From sequence record OR142618.1: DNA of 64,000 bases; one strand, 5' to 3'. The notes below the pieces were generated by a model. That model saw only the letters and a list, made by a program, of their open reading frames with translations. It did not search any database and was not told where the DNA came from. The position numbers and the translations under genes were made by a program. This document shows, one piece after another, positions 9,508 through 18,626 of this stretch (its first letter is position 1; each line of letters begins with the position of its first letter).

Positions 9508-10647
9508 ATGAAATTTAAAACATTTGAACCAGAACAGTTTGATGCTACTAAAGAAGCTATGTTCTTCGGTCGGCCAATAAACGTATCTAGGTTTGATAGA
9601 CAAAAATATTCATTTTTCGAAAAGCAAACTAGAAAACAGATAGGTTTCTTCTGGGTACCAGAAGAAATAGCAATGGATCAAGATAAAGATGATTTTCATC
9701 GCAAATTAGACGCAGCCGGCAAACATATTTTTACATCAAATCTCAGTTATCAGATTTTACTAGATTCTGTTCAGGGTAGAGCACCTAATATTGCACTTAC
9801 TCCGTTTGTGTCTATTCCGGAGTTAGAAGGATTTATTCTTGCATGGACTTTTATGGAAAGTATACATTCGAGAAGTTATTCTCACTTAATTAGGAATGTG
9901 TATCATGATCCAAAAGATGTGTTAGATAATGTAGTAAAAATAGAACCCATCATCGAACGTGCCAGTGCAGTTACAAAATACTATGACGAGTTTATAGAAT
10001 ATGGTAATTGGTACAATATGCTAGGTTATGGTAATCATATTGTAAACGGTAAAGAAATAGATATAAATCCGAAAAAATTAATGACATTATTCTATAAAAT
10101 GATGGTAGCCATAAACATACTAGAAGGTGTCAGATTTTATGTTTCGTTTGCATGTACATGGGCATATAGTGAATCGTTAAAATTAATGAATAAATCTGCA
10201 AAAATAATTAAAATGATTTGCAGAGACGAAAACGTACACTTGGCAGTTACTACTACTATTCTTAAAAAGTTTGCAGATGGCTCAGAAGGCGAAGCATGGA
10301 AACAAATTGCAGAAAATTGCAAAGATGAAGTTTATGCTATGTATGAAGAAGCCGTTCAACAAGAACGTGAATGGGCAGATTATTTGTTTAAAGACGGTTC
10401 TATCGTAGGTTTATCATCTGCCATACTAAAACAGTATGTTGAGTTTATTGCAGATAGACGTTTGCATGCATTAGGTATGCAAAAAATATACAAACATGCT
10501 AGTAATCCGCTTCCGTGGACAGAGCATTGGATTGGTTCTAAAACAACCCAAGTAGCGCCGCAAGAAGAGGAAATTACTTCGTATACTCAGGGCGGAGTAA
10601 AAAATGATATTTCTGAAATTTATAATACAGGATTTAGTTTAGACTAA
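9508..10647 (+). CDS. nrdB: Ribonucleotide reductase class Ia beta subunit
   Basis: FWVPEE, LDSVQ, ESIHSRSY (radical Tyr), LEGVRFYVSF, RDENVH. Confidence 0.98.
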   Translation: MKFKTFEPEQFDATKEAMFFGRPINVSRFDRQKYSFFEKQTRKQIGFFWVPEEIAMDQDKDDFHRKLDAAGKHIFTSNLSYQILLDSVQGRAPNIALTPFVSIPELEGFILAWTFMESIHSRSYSHLIRNVYHDPKDVLDNVVKIEPIIERASAVTKYYDEFIEYGNWYNMLGYGNHIVNGKEIDINPKKLMTLFYKMMVAINILEGVRFYVSFACTWAYSESLKLMNKSAKIIKMICRDENVHLAVTTTILKKFADGSEGEAWKQIAENCKDEVYAMYEEAVQQEREWADYLFKDGSIVGLSSAILKQYVEFIADRRLHALGMQKIYKHASNPLPWTEHWIGSKTTQVAPQEEEITSYTQGGVKNDISEIYNTGFSLD

Positions 10648-10650
10648 ATA
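10645..10650 (+). promoter_or_regulatory. Late promoter core TAAATA
   Basis: Overlaps nrdB stop, ends 21 nt before PAAR gene ATG; RBS AGGAG follows. Confidence 0.6.
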
Positions 10651-10671
10651 AATTAAAATACAGGAGTTCAT

Positions 10672-11694
10672 ATGCCAGAAGCAGTAAGATTAGGAGATAT
10701 ATGTAGCGGTCATCAAATTGGATATCCGCCGCGCCCGAATGTTCAGGGTAGTCCTAACGTATTCGTGAATAATTTGCCAGAACACCGAGTAACAGATAAG
10801 TGGGATGTGCATTGCAGTCCCGCCGGGTCCTGTCACAATAGTACGATGGCAGTAGGATCTCCTAACGTATGGGTAAATAATCTTCCTGCTGCTAGGCTAG
10901 GCGATTTAGTCGGTTGTACTTCGTTGGCAGCTCAGGGTAGTCCTAACGTTTTTATTAATAACGGCAACACTGATCCTATAATAGTAGATGATGTAATATT
11001 ACCTAAAGACCAGAATGAATATATCAACGCAGTAGGAATTCTTCCTTGCGGTCCTTTAGATTATCAGGAAGGCGATCCTATTGCAGACGAATATGAAACA
11101 AATTCGGGGGGAGGACATTATCCTCCCCTACCCCAAACAACACCACCGCCGCCCATATCTAAACCTCCTGTAGATGAAAATAATAATATTCCCCCGGCGC
11201 GTCCGCCGATACCCACAGAATGTCCGGTCATAACAGGTAGCATAGATTATTCTATTAGATTAAGTCCTAATTTTACAATAGGGGATTTATCTATAAAAGC
11301 CACATTTCCTCATGCTATAAAAGCACAACGTGGTCTAACTGTAAATGAAATAGTATGTAATCTTAAAAGTTTAGCAGAGCATTGCTTAGAACCTATTATA
11401 GCACAATATCCGGGAGCTAGAATAAATTCCGGTTTCAGGAATGTACAAAACGGTAAGTCTGATCACGAAAAGGGTTTTGCTGCCGATTTACAATGGCCAG
11501 GAAAGTCGTATGATCAATTATGGCAAATGGTTTTGTGGGTAAAAGATAATGTCCCGTACAAACAACTTATATGGGAGCATGGCAACATGCCTTGGATACA
11601 CATCGCATACGCAAGGACCGGCGAAACGTCTGCTACTAGGGTAATGACTATGTATCAGAATCAATATAGTCCCGGATTAAAGAAAATGCGTTAA
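10672..11694 (+). CDS. PAAR spike-tip domain fused to M15-family zinc peptidase
   Basis: N-term RLGD..GH...GSPNVFVN..HRVTD..H..H..AARLGD..C; Pro-rich linker; C-term SGFR, SDHEKGFAAD, WIHI. Confidence 0.85.
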   Translation: MPEAVRLGDICSGHQIGYPPRPNVQGSPNVFVNNLPEHRVTDKWDVHCSPAGSCHNSTMAVGSPNVWVNNLPAARLGDLVGCTSLAAQGSPNVFINNGNTDPIIVDDVILPKDQNEYINAVGILPCGPLDYQEGDPIADEYETNSGGGHYPPLPQTTPPPPISKPPVDENNNIPPARPPIPTECPVITGSIDYSIRLSPNFTIGDLSIKATFPHAIKAQRGLTVNEIVCNLKSLAEHCLEPIIAQYPGARINSGFRNVQNGKSDHEKGFAADLQWPGKSYDQLWQMVLWVKDNVPYKQLIWEHGNMPWIHIAYARTGETSATRVMTMYQNQYSPGLKKMR

Positions 11695-11735
11695 CTAAAT
11701 ACATTAACTAGACACAAACACACAAGGAGAAAAAA

Positions 11736-11960
11736 ATGTCTGCTAGTAAAACACCGTACGAAATTAGACTTAATATTTTAGAACTTGCTTATAAAATCGT
11801 AAGAGATAAAAAACAAGCAGATTATATAAGTAAAAGCATACATTCGTCTGGAAGTGTTGTCATAACAGAATGTATAGACATTTCGGCAGATGAAGTAATA
11901 GAAGTAGCAAAAAAGCTTAATTCGTTTATTTCTACGTCTGAAAAGAGACTAAATGGTTAA
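11736..11960 (+). CDS. Hypothetical protein
   Basis: RBS AAGGAG, TAAATA at 11696; KTPYEIRL...EVIEVAKKLNSFIS. Confidence 0.65.
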   Translation: MSASKTPYEIRLNILELAYKIVRDKKQADYISKSIHSSGSVVITECIDISADEVIEVAKKLNSFISTSEKRLNG

Positions 11961-12168
11961 AATCCAAATACCTATACTAGATGAAAATAAACGCGACATG
12001 ATGTTGTGGTGTTCTGAGAACGTTAGTCCTGCAGATTATTATATCATGTCGTCGTATGATAGTGAAAATTACAGAATATGTATTACTTTTGCGTTCTTTG
12101 AAGAAAGTGATGCACTTATGTTTATGTTATACTTTTCTATCCCTGACAGTAATATTTATAGACATTGA
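11953..12168 (+). CDS. Small paralog-family protein (WCxE...F..ESDALMF)
   Basis: Motif shared with 28119 and 28501. Confidence 0.6.
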   Translation: MVKIQIPILDENKRDMMLWCSENVSPADYYIMSSYDSENYRICITFAFFEESDALMFMLYFSIPDSNIYRH

Positions 12169-12193
12169 CTTGCTACTACAACAGTTGTATAAT
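12165..12193 (+). promoter_or_regulatory. sigma70 promoter
   Basis: TTGACT-17 nt-TATAAT, TG immediately before the -10. Confidence 0.85.
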
Positions 12194-12225
12194 GTAACTA
12201 TATTAGTACAACTGGATGAATAAAC

Positions 12226-12987
12226 ATGAACTTAGCACACTGTACTTCAGGCTATTCGAAAATGCTAGTTATTAGTGATATTCATTCGGCAGCTGACAAA
12301 CTAAAACAAGCGTTAGACTATGCATCTAAACATGACATGTTTGTTGTATTTCTCGGCGATTTAGTCGACGGTGTAGTTAATGCAAAACCTATGGAAACTC
12401 TATTAATGGTAAAATCGGTAATAGAGAATAACTGCGGTGCATTAATTATAGGAAATCATGATGACAAATTCTATCGCTGGGCGCAAGGTAACGAAGTTGT
12501 GTTGGGTAACCAACAGCAATCTACGTTAGAAAGCATAGGCGATTATTTAATTTCTGAATTTTCCGACTGCATAACAGACATTATAACCAATTGCAATGCA
12601 TACTACTATGCATATTTAAACAATTGGTTATTTGCTCACGGTGCAGTAGCAGAATCCATGTGGGATTATCCTGTTGCAGTATCAAAGTACGAGAGGTATA
12701 TGTTACTGTACGGTCAAACCAATGGCCAACGTGATAATACAGGCTTTCCCGTTAGACTTTATAGTTGGACGGATTATGTACCTTCAGGTAAATGGTGTAT
12801 AGTAGGACACGATAGAGCACCTTTTCACGGAAAGAAAATAACACACCCCGTAATACATGTAAACAATAATAAAGGTAGGACTATCTTTATGGACACGTCG
12901 TGCGGGAAAATACCGGAAGGTAAGCTTAGTTGTGCAATATTGGATATACAATCTGTTATTAGATTAGAGAAATTTATAGCAATATGA
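12226..12987 (+). CDS. Calcineurin-like metallophosphoesterase (PrpA/ApaH/Pnkp-phosphatase-like)
   Basis: SDIH, GDLVD, GNHD, HG, GH motifs. Confidence 0.85.
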   Translation: MNLAHCTSGYSKMLVISDIHSAADKLKQALDYASKHDMFVVFLGDLVDGVVNAKPMETLLMVKSVIENNCGALIIGNHDDKFYRWAQGNEVVLGNQQQSTLESIGDYLISEFSDCITDIITNCNAYYYAYLNNWLFAHGAVAESMWDYPVAVSKYERYMLLYGQTNGQRDNTGFPVRLYSWTDYVPSGKWCIVGHDRAPFHGKKITHPVIHVNNNKGRTIFMDTSCGKIPEGKLSCAILDIQSVIRLEKFIAI

Positions 12988-13352
12988 AATACTTGGCTGT
13001 AGTTGGCAGTAGAGGGTACATAGATTCTGACTTTATATTCTTGGTATTGGATGCACTTTTTACAGAATATATGTACGAAGGTATAGTATCAGGCGGATGT
13101 AAAAATAGTCCCGATGAAATAGCTGCTATATACGCAAACTTAAATAATATACCATTACTAGAAATAAAACCAAACTGGAAACAATACGGTAAATCTGCAG
13201 GTTTCAAAAGAAATGTAGAAATATGGGATAACGCACATTCTGGTGTTGCATTCTGGGATGGAGTCAGTAAAGGAACAAAACACAGCTTCTATATAGCTAA
13301 AAGTCAAAATAAAGATATAATAATTTTTAAAGGAAAGGAGTTGTATGAATGA
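12984..13352 (+). CDS. SLOG-superfamily (YspA/DUF2493-like) protein
   Basis: VVGSR, IVSGG, W..YGKSAGFKRN, AFWDG.SKGT. Confidence 0.8.
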   Translation: MKYLAVVGSRGYIDSDFIFLVLDALFTEYMYEGIVSGGCKNSPDEIAAIYANLNNIPLLEIKPNWKQYGKSAGFKRNVEIWDNAHSGVAFWDGVSKGTKHSFYIAKSQNKDIIIFKGKELYE

Positions 13353-13665
13353 TAGTTTTATGTTCTATGGCCAAATAATTAATTTTGTTGTTTTTGCCAT
13401 AGTGGTTATTGTATCGTTTATTAAGATGATTTATATTATAGCTGACGATGAAACTGAAGACACTTTATCTGAAAAAATAAACAAACATCTGTTCGATTGG
13501 TTTTGGTTAGCAATAGGACAATTTTTATTCTGTTTTATTCCGTTATTATACACTGCATTCTGGGCAATTATTGTATTACAACACGTATTGGTTTTTATAA
13601 CAAAACAAATAATAAATTCGAACTATATTCGAAAATACAGAACATTTAACAAACTTAAAAAATAA
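13345..13665 (+). CDS. Hypothetical membrane protein
   Basis: Two long hydrophobic segments. Confidence 0.6.
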   Translation: MNDSFMFYGQIINFVVFAIVVIVSFIKMIYIIADDETEDTLSEKINKHLFDWFWLAIGQFLFCFIPLLYTAFWAIIVLQHVLVFITKQIINSNYIRKYRTFNKLKK

Positions 13666-14561
13666 TGAATAATTACGATCCGCAATATTTAAACATAATT
13701 AAAACTATTTTAGATACAGGTATAGATAGGGATGATAGGACCGGAATAGGATCCAGGGCTATTTGGGGTGCAAATATGCACATAAACTTAGCAGAAGGAT
13801 TTCCTATTCAAACTTCACGACGTGCATCATTAAGAATTGCATTTGAAGAACTTATGTGGATGCTAAGAGGGCAAGTAGATTCTACAATTTTAAAAAATAA
13901 AAACATTAACATCTGGGAAGGAAATACTACTAGAGAATTTTTAGATAGTAGAAAATTAAATTATTTGCCAGTAGGCCATATCGGCAAAGGATATGGATTC
14001 CAGATGAGAAATTTTGGAGGTCATTATTCTACTGTAAACGGAATCACAGATTACAGTAAACTTGACAATACTGGCATAGATCAGATAAAAAATTTAATAG
14101 AATCTTTAACTAAGGATCCACACTCTAGAAGACACATTGTTTTACACTGGAATCCTACCCAATTAGATGATGCTGCCTTACCTAGTTGTCATTTATATCA
14201 TCAGTACCAAATTCTTGATGGAAAATTAAATAGTAGTTTTGTTGCAAGAAGTCAAGATATATGTTTCGGTACACCCACTAATATAATGTTTTATTCTCTA
14301 TTAAATCATTTTATAGCAAATGTACTCGGAATAGAACCAGGAATATTATACTATTCTGGAATGGATGTCCATATTTACAACAACCAAATGGACATGGCAA
14401 AAGAATTAATAACCAGGGCCTGGCATGACTTACCTAAGCTTATAATTAAAAAGGATTTAAAGACTTTAGATGATATATTGTCACTTGAATTCGAAGATAT
14501 AGAACTAGAAAATTACAAATGTAATCCAGATGTTTCTAATAAACCCAGGATGGCTATATAA
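13665..14561 (+). CDS. thyA: Thymidylate synthase
   Basis: DRTGIG, IWEGN, YGFQMR, SRRH, LPSCH, RSQD..GTPTN (Asn retained, so dUMP-type), DVHIY. Confidence 0.95.
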   Translation: MNNYDPQYLNIIKTILDTGIDRDDRTGIGSRAIWGANMHINLAEGFPIQTSRRASLRIAFEELMWMLRGQVDSTILKNKNINIWEGNTTREFLDSRKLNYLPVGHIGKGYGFQMRNFGGHYSTVNGITDYSKLDNTGIDQIKNLIESLTKDPHSRRHIVLHWNPTQLDDAALPSCHLYHQYQILDGKLNSSFVARSQDICFGTPTNIMFYSLLNHFIANVLGIEPGILYYSGMDVHIYNNQMDMAKELITRAWHDLPKLIIKKDLKTLDDILSLEFEDIELENYKCNPDVSNKPRMAI

Positions 14562-14872
14562 TGAAAACTCCGATCAATGTAACATACGATATAGTTGATG
14601 TAGTGGAAACTTTAAAAAAAGTAGAGCAATTATTATCTACGCCAGATATTGTAGACATTTTAGAAAAAGAAAATATAATGGATAAATTAAAAGGCGAAGA
14701 TCATGTATATACATCTGAGTCTTTGCTAAGTATGCTAACTACTATGTGTGCTCGCATAAATGAAATTCAAACAGATATATCATTGATAAAAAATACAGTT
14801 AATTCTATCAAAGATGCAATTGTATCAATGCCTAAAACAACCCCGTTGCCTCATATTCCGCATTTATTTTAA
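14561..14872 (+). CDS. Hypothetical protein
   Basis: 103 aa, coiled-coil-like. Confidence 0.55.
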   Translation: MKTPINVTYDIVDVVETLKKVEQLLSTPDIVDILEKENIMDKLKGEDHVYTSESLLSMLTTMCARINEIQTDISLIKNTVNSIKDAIVSMPKTTPLPHIPHLF

Positions 14873-14921
14873 CTATGTAGTTAATGTTGTTAAAACGTAT
14901 CTAAATATCTTTGTCATTAGG

Positions 14922-14950
14922 TTGACACGGAAGAAAACGTATAGTATACT
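14922..14950 (+). promoter_or_regulatory. sigma70 promoter for folE
   Basis: TTGACA-17 nt-TATACT. Confidence 0.85.
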
Positions 14951-15020
14951 ATACAAATAATTAAAGCAAAGTGCAGGCGGCACTTTGCTTATCAAACTAA
15001 AATGATTTCAGGAGGAAATC

Positions 15021-15710
15021 GTGTCGTTAAACAAAACTAAAACTGATGCCGAACTAGGCAAAAAAGTACAGCAATATTTAATCCAACAAGGAGTAGAAAC
15101 TCCTATGCAAGAGCAGACTCTAAACGTTAAAGAGCGGATAGATAAAATTGAATCTCATTTTGTTGAAATTATGAATGCACTTGCGTTGGATCTTTCTGAC
15201 GATAGTCTTGCAGAAACGCCTCGCCGAGTAGCAAAAATGTATGTATCTGAGATATTCTATGGGTTGGATTATGAGGCATTTCCTAAATGCACCACTATTG
15301 AAAATAAATTTAATGCAAATGAAATGGTCTTAGTAAAAGATATAGATTTATATTCTCAGTGCGAACATCATATTTTACCAATAATTTCTGGATCATCTTC
15401 TGGTCGAGGTGGAATATCGGTTGCTTATATTCCTAAAAATAAAGTAATAGGTCTCTCTAAATTAAATAGAGTGGCAGAATTTTTCTGCAAGCGACCTCAA
15501 GTTCAAGAACGACTCACATTGCAAATATTTCATGCATTACAGTATATTCTGGAAACAGACGATGTTGCTGTTTTGATTAACGGAAGGCATCTGTGTGTGG
15601 AATCTAGGGGTGTAGAAGATACAAGTTCGAGTACGATAACTTCTAAATTAAGTGGTGCATTTAGCAACGATCCTGCCACCCGTGCAGAATTTATGTCTCT
15701 TGTAAAATAA
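15021..15710 (+). CDS. folE: GTP cyclohydrolase I
   Basis: ETPRRVAKMY, SQCEHH, GLSKLNR, RPQVQERLT, HLCVESRG; GTG start after AGGAGG. Confidence 0.97.
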   Translation: MSLNKTKTDAELGKKVQQYLIQQGVETPMQEQTLNVKERIDKIESHFVEIMNALALDLSDDSLAETPRRVAKMYVSEIFYGLDYEAFPKCTTIENKFNANEMVLVKDIDLYSQCEHHILPIISGSSSGRGGISVAYIPKNKVIGLSKLNRVAEFFCKRPQVQERLTLQIFHALQYILETDDVAVLINGRHLCVESRGVEDTSSSTITSKLSGAFSNDPATRAEFMSLVK

Positions 15711-15777
15711 CAAAAACTACTATGGATAGATACTATCCATAGTAGTTACACATAGCATATTAATAAGGAATATAAAA

Positions 15778-16296
15778 TTGTGGCAGATTAATAAAAGTTT
15801 CAGTTTTGCATATGCTCACAGAGTCCATAATCAACACTTAGATGCAGATTTAGTTGAAGACACCAAATGCAAATGCAGGCATTTACACGGACATACAGGT
15901 AAAGTAGTTATTCATTTAACTGGAACTTCTTTAGTAAACGGTATGGTAACTGATTTTAAGCATTTAGGTTTTCTTAAAAAATTTATAGATGACGTAATCG
16001 ACCATAAGTTTATTATAGATGCAAACGATCCTAATTTTAGTAAGATAACCAATGCATCTAAATATTCTACTATAAGTTTTGAGCACTATGGAATATTCGA
16101 TACATCTGAAGAGACAGTAGAACACGAAAAGGAACATGCAGATAGTTTTGTAATAGTAGATTTTGTTCCTACTGCAGAAAATTTAGCTAAATGGATTTGG
16201 GAATATGCTGAAAGCATTTTAGAACAAAAAGGTATAACTGTTTCTAAAGTAGAATGGTGGGAAACTGATAAAGCTTGTGCAACATATATTGCATAA
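15778..16296 (+). CDS. queD: 6-carboxy-5,6,7,8-tetrahydropterin synthase
   Basis: AHRV, CRHLHGH, DH, PTAENLA, WET motifs; TTG start after AAGGA. Confidence 0.9.
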   Translation: MWQINKSFSFAYAHRVHNQHLDADLVEDTKCKCRHLHGHTGKVVIHLTGTSLVNGMVTDFKHLGFLKKFIDDVIDHKFIIDANDPNFSKITNASKYSTISFEHYGIFDTSEETVEHEKEHADSFVIVDFVPTAENLAKWIWEYAESILEQKGITVSKVEWWETDKACATYIA

Positions 16297-16313
16297 TATA
16301 AAGGTAGATATAA

Positions 16314-17540
16314 ATGTCGAAAGAAACATGCTCTTATTGCAATAAAGGCAAAGATGATGTGTCTAAGTTGTTTCGTAGCCCTGCTAAATATGGATCAAAT
16401 GTATATATATGTGACCAGTGTGTAACTCAGTGCAACAATTTTTTAGAAACTGCTGAAACAAATGATCGGGAATCTAATAAATTAGAAATAAAATACACAC
16501 CTGAAGAACTAAAGGAATTGCTAGATAAAGACATTGTAGGGCAAGATCACGCAAAAGAATTACTAAGTCTAGCAGTGTATAATCATTATAAACGGGTAAA
16601 CTATAACGCTACTGAACATGATGTAGAGTTATCTAAATCTAACATAATGCTACTGGGACCTTCAGGCAGCGGTAAGACATTTTTAATATCTAGTATATCT
16701 AAATTGTTAAACATACCTTTTGTTTCTGTAGATTCTACTTCGCTAACAGAGGCAGGATATGTCGGCGATCATGTAGAGACTATATTTACTAGATTAATCG
16801 CAGAAGCAAATGGTGACATAGAACTAGCGCAACGTGGAATCGTATTTATAGATGAAATAGATAAGAAACGTTCTAAAAAAGGAACAAATTCTGCAGGATC
16901 TGATGTTTCCGGCGAAGGTGTCCAACAGTCTTTACTTCGGGTGCTAGAAGGAACAACAATTAAGTTAGAACTAAATTCTAACAGTATGTTTAGTCCTAGA
17001 CAGGAAATTATGTTTGACACAACTAACGTTTTGTTTATAGTTGGCGGCGCATTTATAGGATTAGATGCAGTAATAAATAAAAGACTTAGTTCTACTAAAT
17101 CTCAAATGGGATTTGGTTCCGAAGCTGGTAAACCCATAGAAGGTAGTTTATTCTATGTAGAACCGGAAGATTTGTATACATACGGTTTTATAAGAGAATT
17201 TGTAGGGAGATTTCCTGTTCTTATTGCGTTTCATGATGTAACAGAGACTATGCTTCGTCGAATTCTAGTAGAGCCTAAAAGTTCTATACTTAAACAATAT
17301 CAAACTATGTTTAAATTAGATAACATTGAATTAGAATTCGATGAAGATTTTATAAAATCTGTTGCTACTACAGCGTTTAATAGGAAAACAGGCGCACGTG
17401 GTTTAAGAACTATTTTAGAAAAAGAACTATCTAGTATAGCATATAGATTGCCTTCTATAAGACGAGAAGGGTTTAGCAAGATTATTATACACGAACTAGG
17501 AAAACATAATTTCATAAAAGGGCAAAATGAAGACATTTAA
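16314..17540 (+). CDS. clpX: ATP-dependent Clp protease ATPase ClpX
   Basis: CSYC..C..C zinc finger, GPSGSGKT, TEAGYVG, FIDEIDK, MGF docking loop, GARGLR. Confidence 0.96.
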   Translation: MSKETCSYCNKGKDDVSKLFRSPAKYGSNVYICDQCVTQCNNFLETAETNDRESNKLEIKYTPEELKELLDKDIVGQDHAKELLSLAVYNHYKRVNYNATEHDVELSKSNIMLLGPSGSGKTFLISSISKLLNIPFVSVDSTSLTEAGYVGDHVETIFTRLIAEANGDIELAQRGIVFIDEIDKKRSKKGTNSAGSDVSGEGVQQSLLRVLEGTTIKLELNSNSMFSPRQEIMFDTTNVLFIVGGAFIGLDAVINKRLSSTKSQMGFGSEAGKPIEGSLFYVEPEDLYTYGFIREFVGRFPVLIAFHDVTETMLRRILVEPKSSILKQYQTMFKLDNIELEFDEDFIKSVATTAFNRKTGARGLRTILEKELSSIAYRLPSIRREGFSKIIIHELGKHNFIKGQNEDI

Positions 17541-17733
17541 TATAATTACTGGTCTTACTGTAGAAGTAAGACACGATAACTTTAACCAAGCACTTAGAAC
17601 TTTTACTAAAAAGGTTCAAAATTCAGGAAAATTAAAAGAAGTTCGAGAACGCGAATTCTATGAAAAGCCTTCTGTAAAAAAGACAAAAGCTAAAAAAGCA
17701 GCAATTCAACGCCAGAAAAAGAAAAAAATATAA
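17527..17733 (+). CDS. rpsU: Ribosomal protein bS21
   Basis: V...NFNQALRTFTKKV...G.LKEVREREFYEKPS..K..AKKAA..R. Confidence 0.92.
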   Translation: MKTFNIITGLTVEVRHDNFNQALRTFTKKVQNSGKLKEVREREFYEKPSVKKTKAKKAAIQRQKKKKI

Positions 17734-17735
17734 TA

Positions 17736-18071
17736 ATGGATCTTTGCAGAATTTTAAATAATGAACTTATGTTTTGCAGAAATCGTAGGAATAAACTCTA
17801 TTATAGCATCCGGCAATTGAATAACGTTGACATTCCTGTAGATCCTGCAGATTCTTTACTTATTTTCAGCATAAAAAAGGATATAGAACAGCTCCAATCT
17901 TATAAAGATGTTATATCCGAATGCAGCAGACTTGAACAACGTATAATCTGTATAGATAAAACTGTGCAGCATATCCGTCGGTATTGCAACCACGAATTTG
18001 TGTATCACAATACTAATTATCATACAAATACAGATGCAGAAAAATGCATTTATTGCGGATTAATAATTTAA
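17736..18071 (+). CDS. Hypothetical protein, C-terminal Cys/His cluster
   Basis: CNHEF...KCIYCG. Confidence 0.55.
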   Translation: MDLCRILNNELMFCRNRRNKLYYSIRQLNNVDIPVDPADSLLIFSIKKDIEQLQSYKDVISECSRLEQRIICIDKTVQHIRRYCNHEFVYHNTNYHTNTDAEKCIYCGLII

Positions 18072-18072
18072 T

Positions 18073-18543
18073 ATGGCATATTTTTCGACTAAGAGATTTG
18101 GACCTATTTCCACCGGTCATCGTCAATGGAAAGATACGGGTCATTGCAGCAGAATACACGGCTACGGAAGAACAGTGAAGATTATTTTTTCTGCTACTAC
18201 ATTAGATGATAAAATGTGGGTAGTAGATTTTGGTGGATTAAAAGATTTTAGGAAATGGCTTGAAGAACAATGGGATCATAATGTTTTAGTTGCATCTGAC
18301 GATCCCAAGTTAAATATACTTAAACAAATGGAACAAGAAGGTCTAGTTAAATTAAATATAATGGATGTTAAAAAAGGTCATGGTCCTGGGATAGAAGGTT
18401 CATGTAAGCATTTGTTTGACTATTTAAATCCTATTATAGAAAAGCATTCTGGCGGAAGATGTTGGGTCCATAGTATAGAAATATGGGAACACGAAAACAA
18501 TTCCGCTATATATGAAACGTATAAGTCAACATTTAAAAGATAA
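18073..18543 (+). CDS. Second QueD/PTPS-like T-fold protein
   Basis: GHRQW, CSRIHGY (HGH to HGY), VVDFG, DH, IWEHENNSA. Confidence 0.8.
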   Translation: MAYFSTKRFGPISTGHRQWKDTGHCSRIHGYGRTVKIIFSATTLDDKMWVVDFGGLKDFRKWLEEQWDHNVLVASDDPKLNILKQMEQEGLVKLNIMDVKKGHGPGIEGSCKHLFDYLNPIIEKHSGGRCWVHSIEIWEHENNSAIYETYKSTFKR

Positions 18544-18626
18544 ATAACATTAGTATTCCACGAGGAATACTATACAACGAGTGCCATATTGGGCTCACAC
18601 TATATCTTGCGTAAAGGAGATTAAAA
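18539..18626 (+). promoter_or_regulatory. Late promoter plus three-hairpin leader of hsp20 (ROSE-like thermometer candidate)
   Basis: GATAAATA; hairpins 18551-18572, 18579-18596, and TCTTGC able to pair with SD AAGGAGA (18605-18620). Confidence 0.55.

Noticed and set aside
7169-14561. Inteins or group I introns in nrdA, nrdB or thyA
   Set aside because: ORFs are continuous, of normal length, and carry no homing endonuclease or splicing motifs
13665-14561. thyA as a dCMP hydroxymethylase (base modification)
   Set aside because: The specificity residue is Asn (GTPTNI), as in dUMP-specific synthases
14960-15003. preQ1-I riboswitch upstream of folE (ATCAAACTAA resembles the A-rich 3' tail)
   Set aside because: The stem is 11 bp with a 5-nt loop and lacks the large loop with the ligand-pairing C; kept only as a generic structured leader
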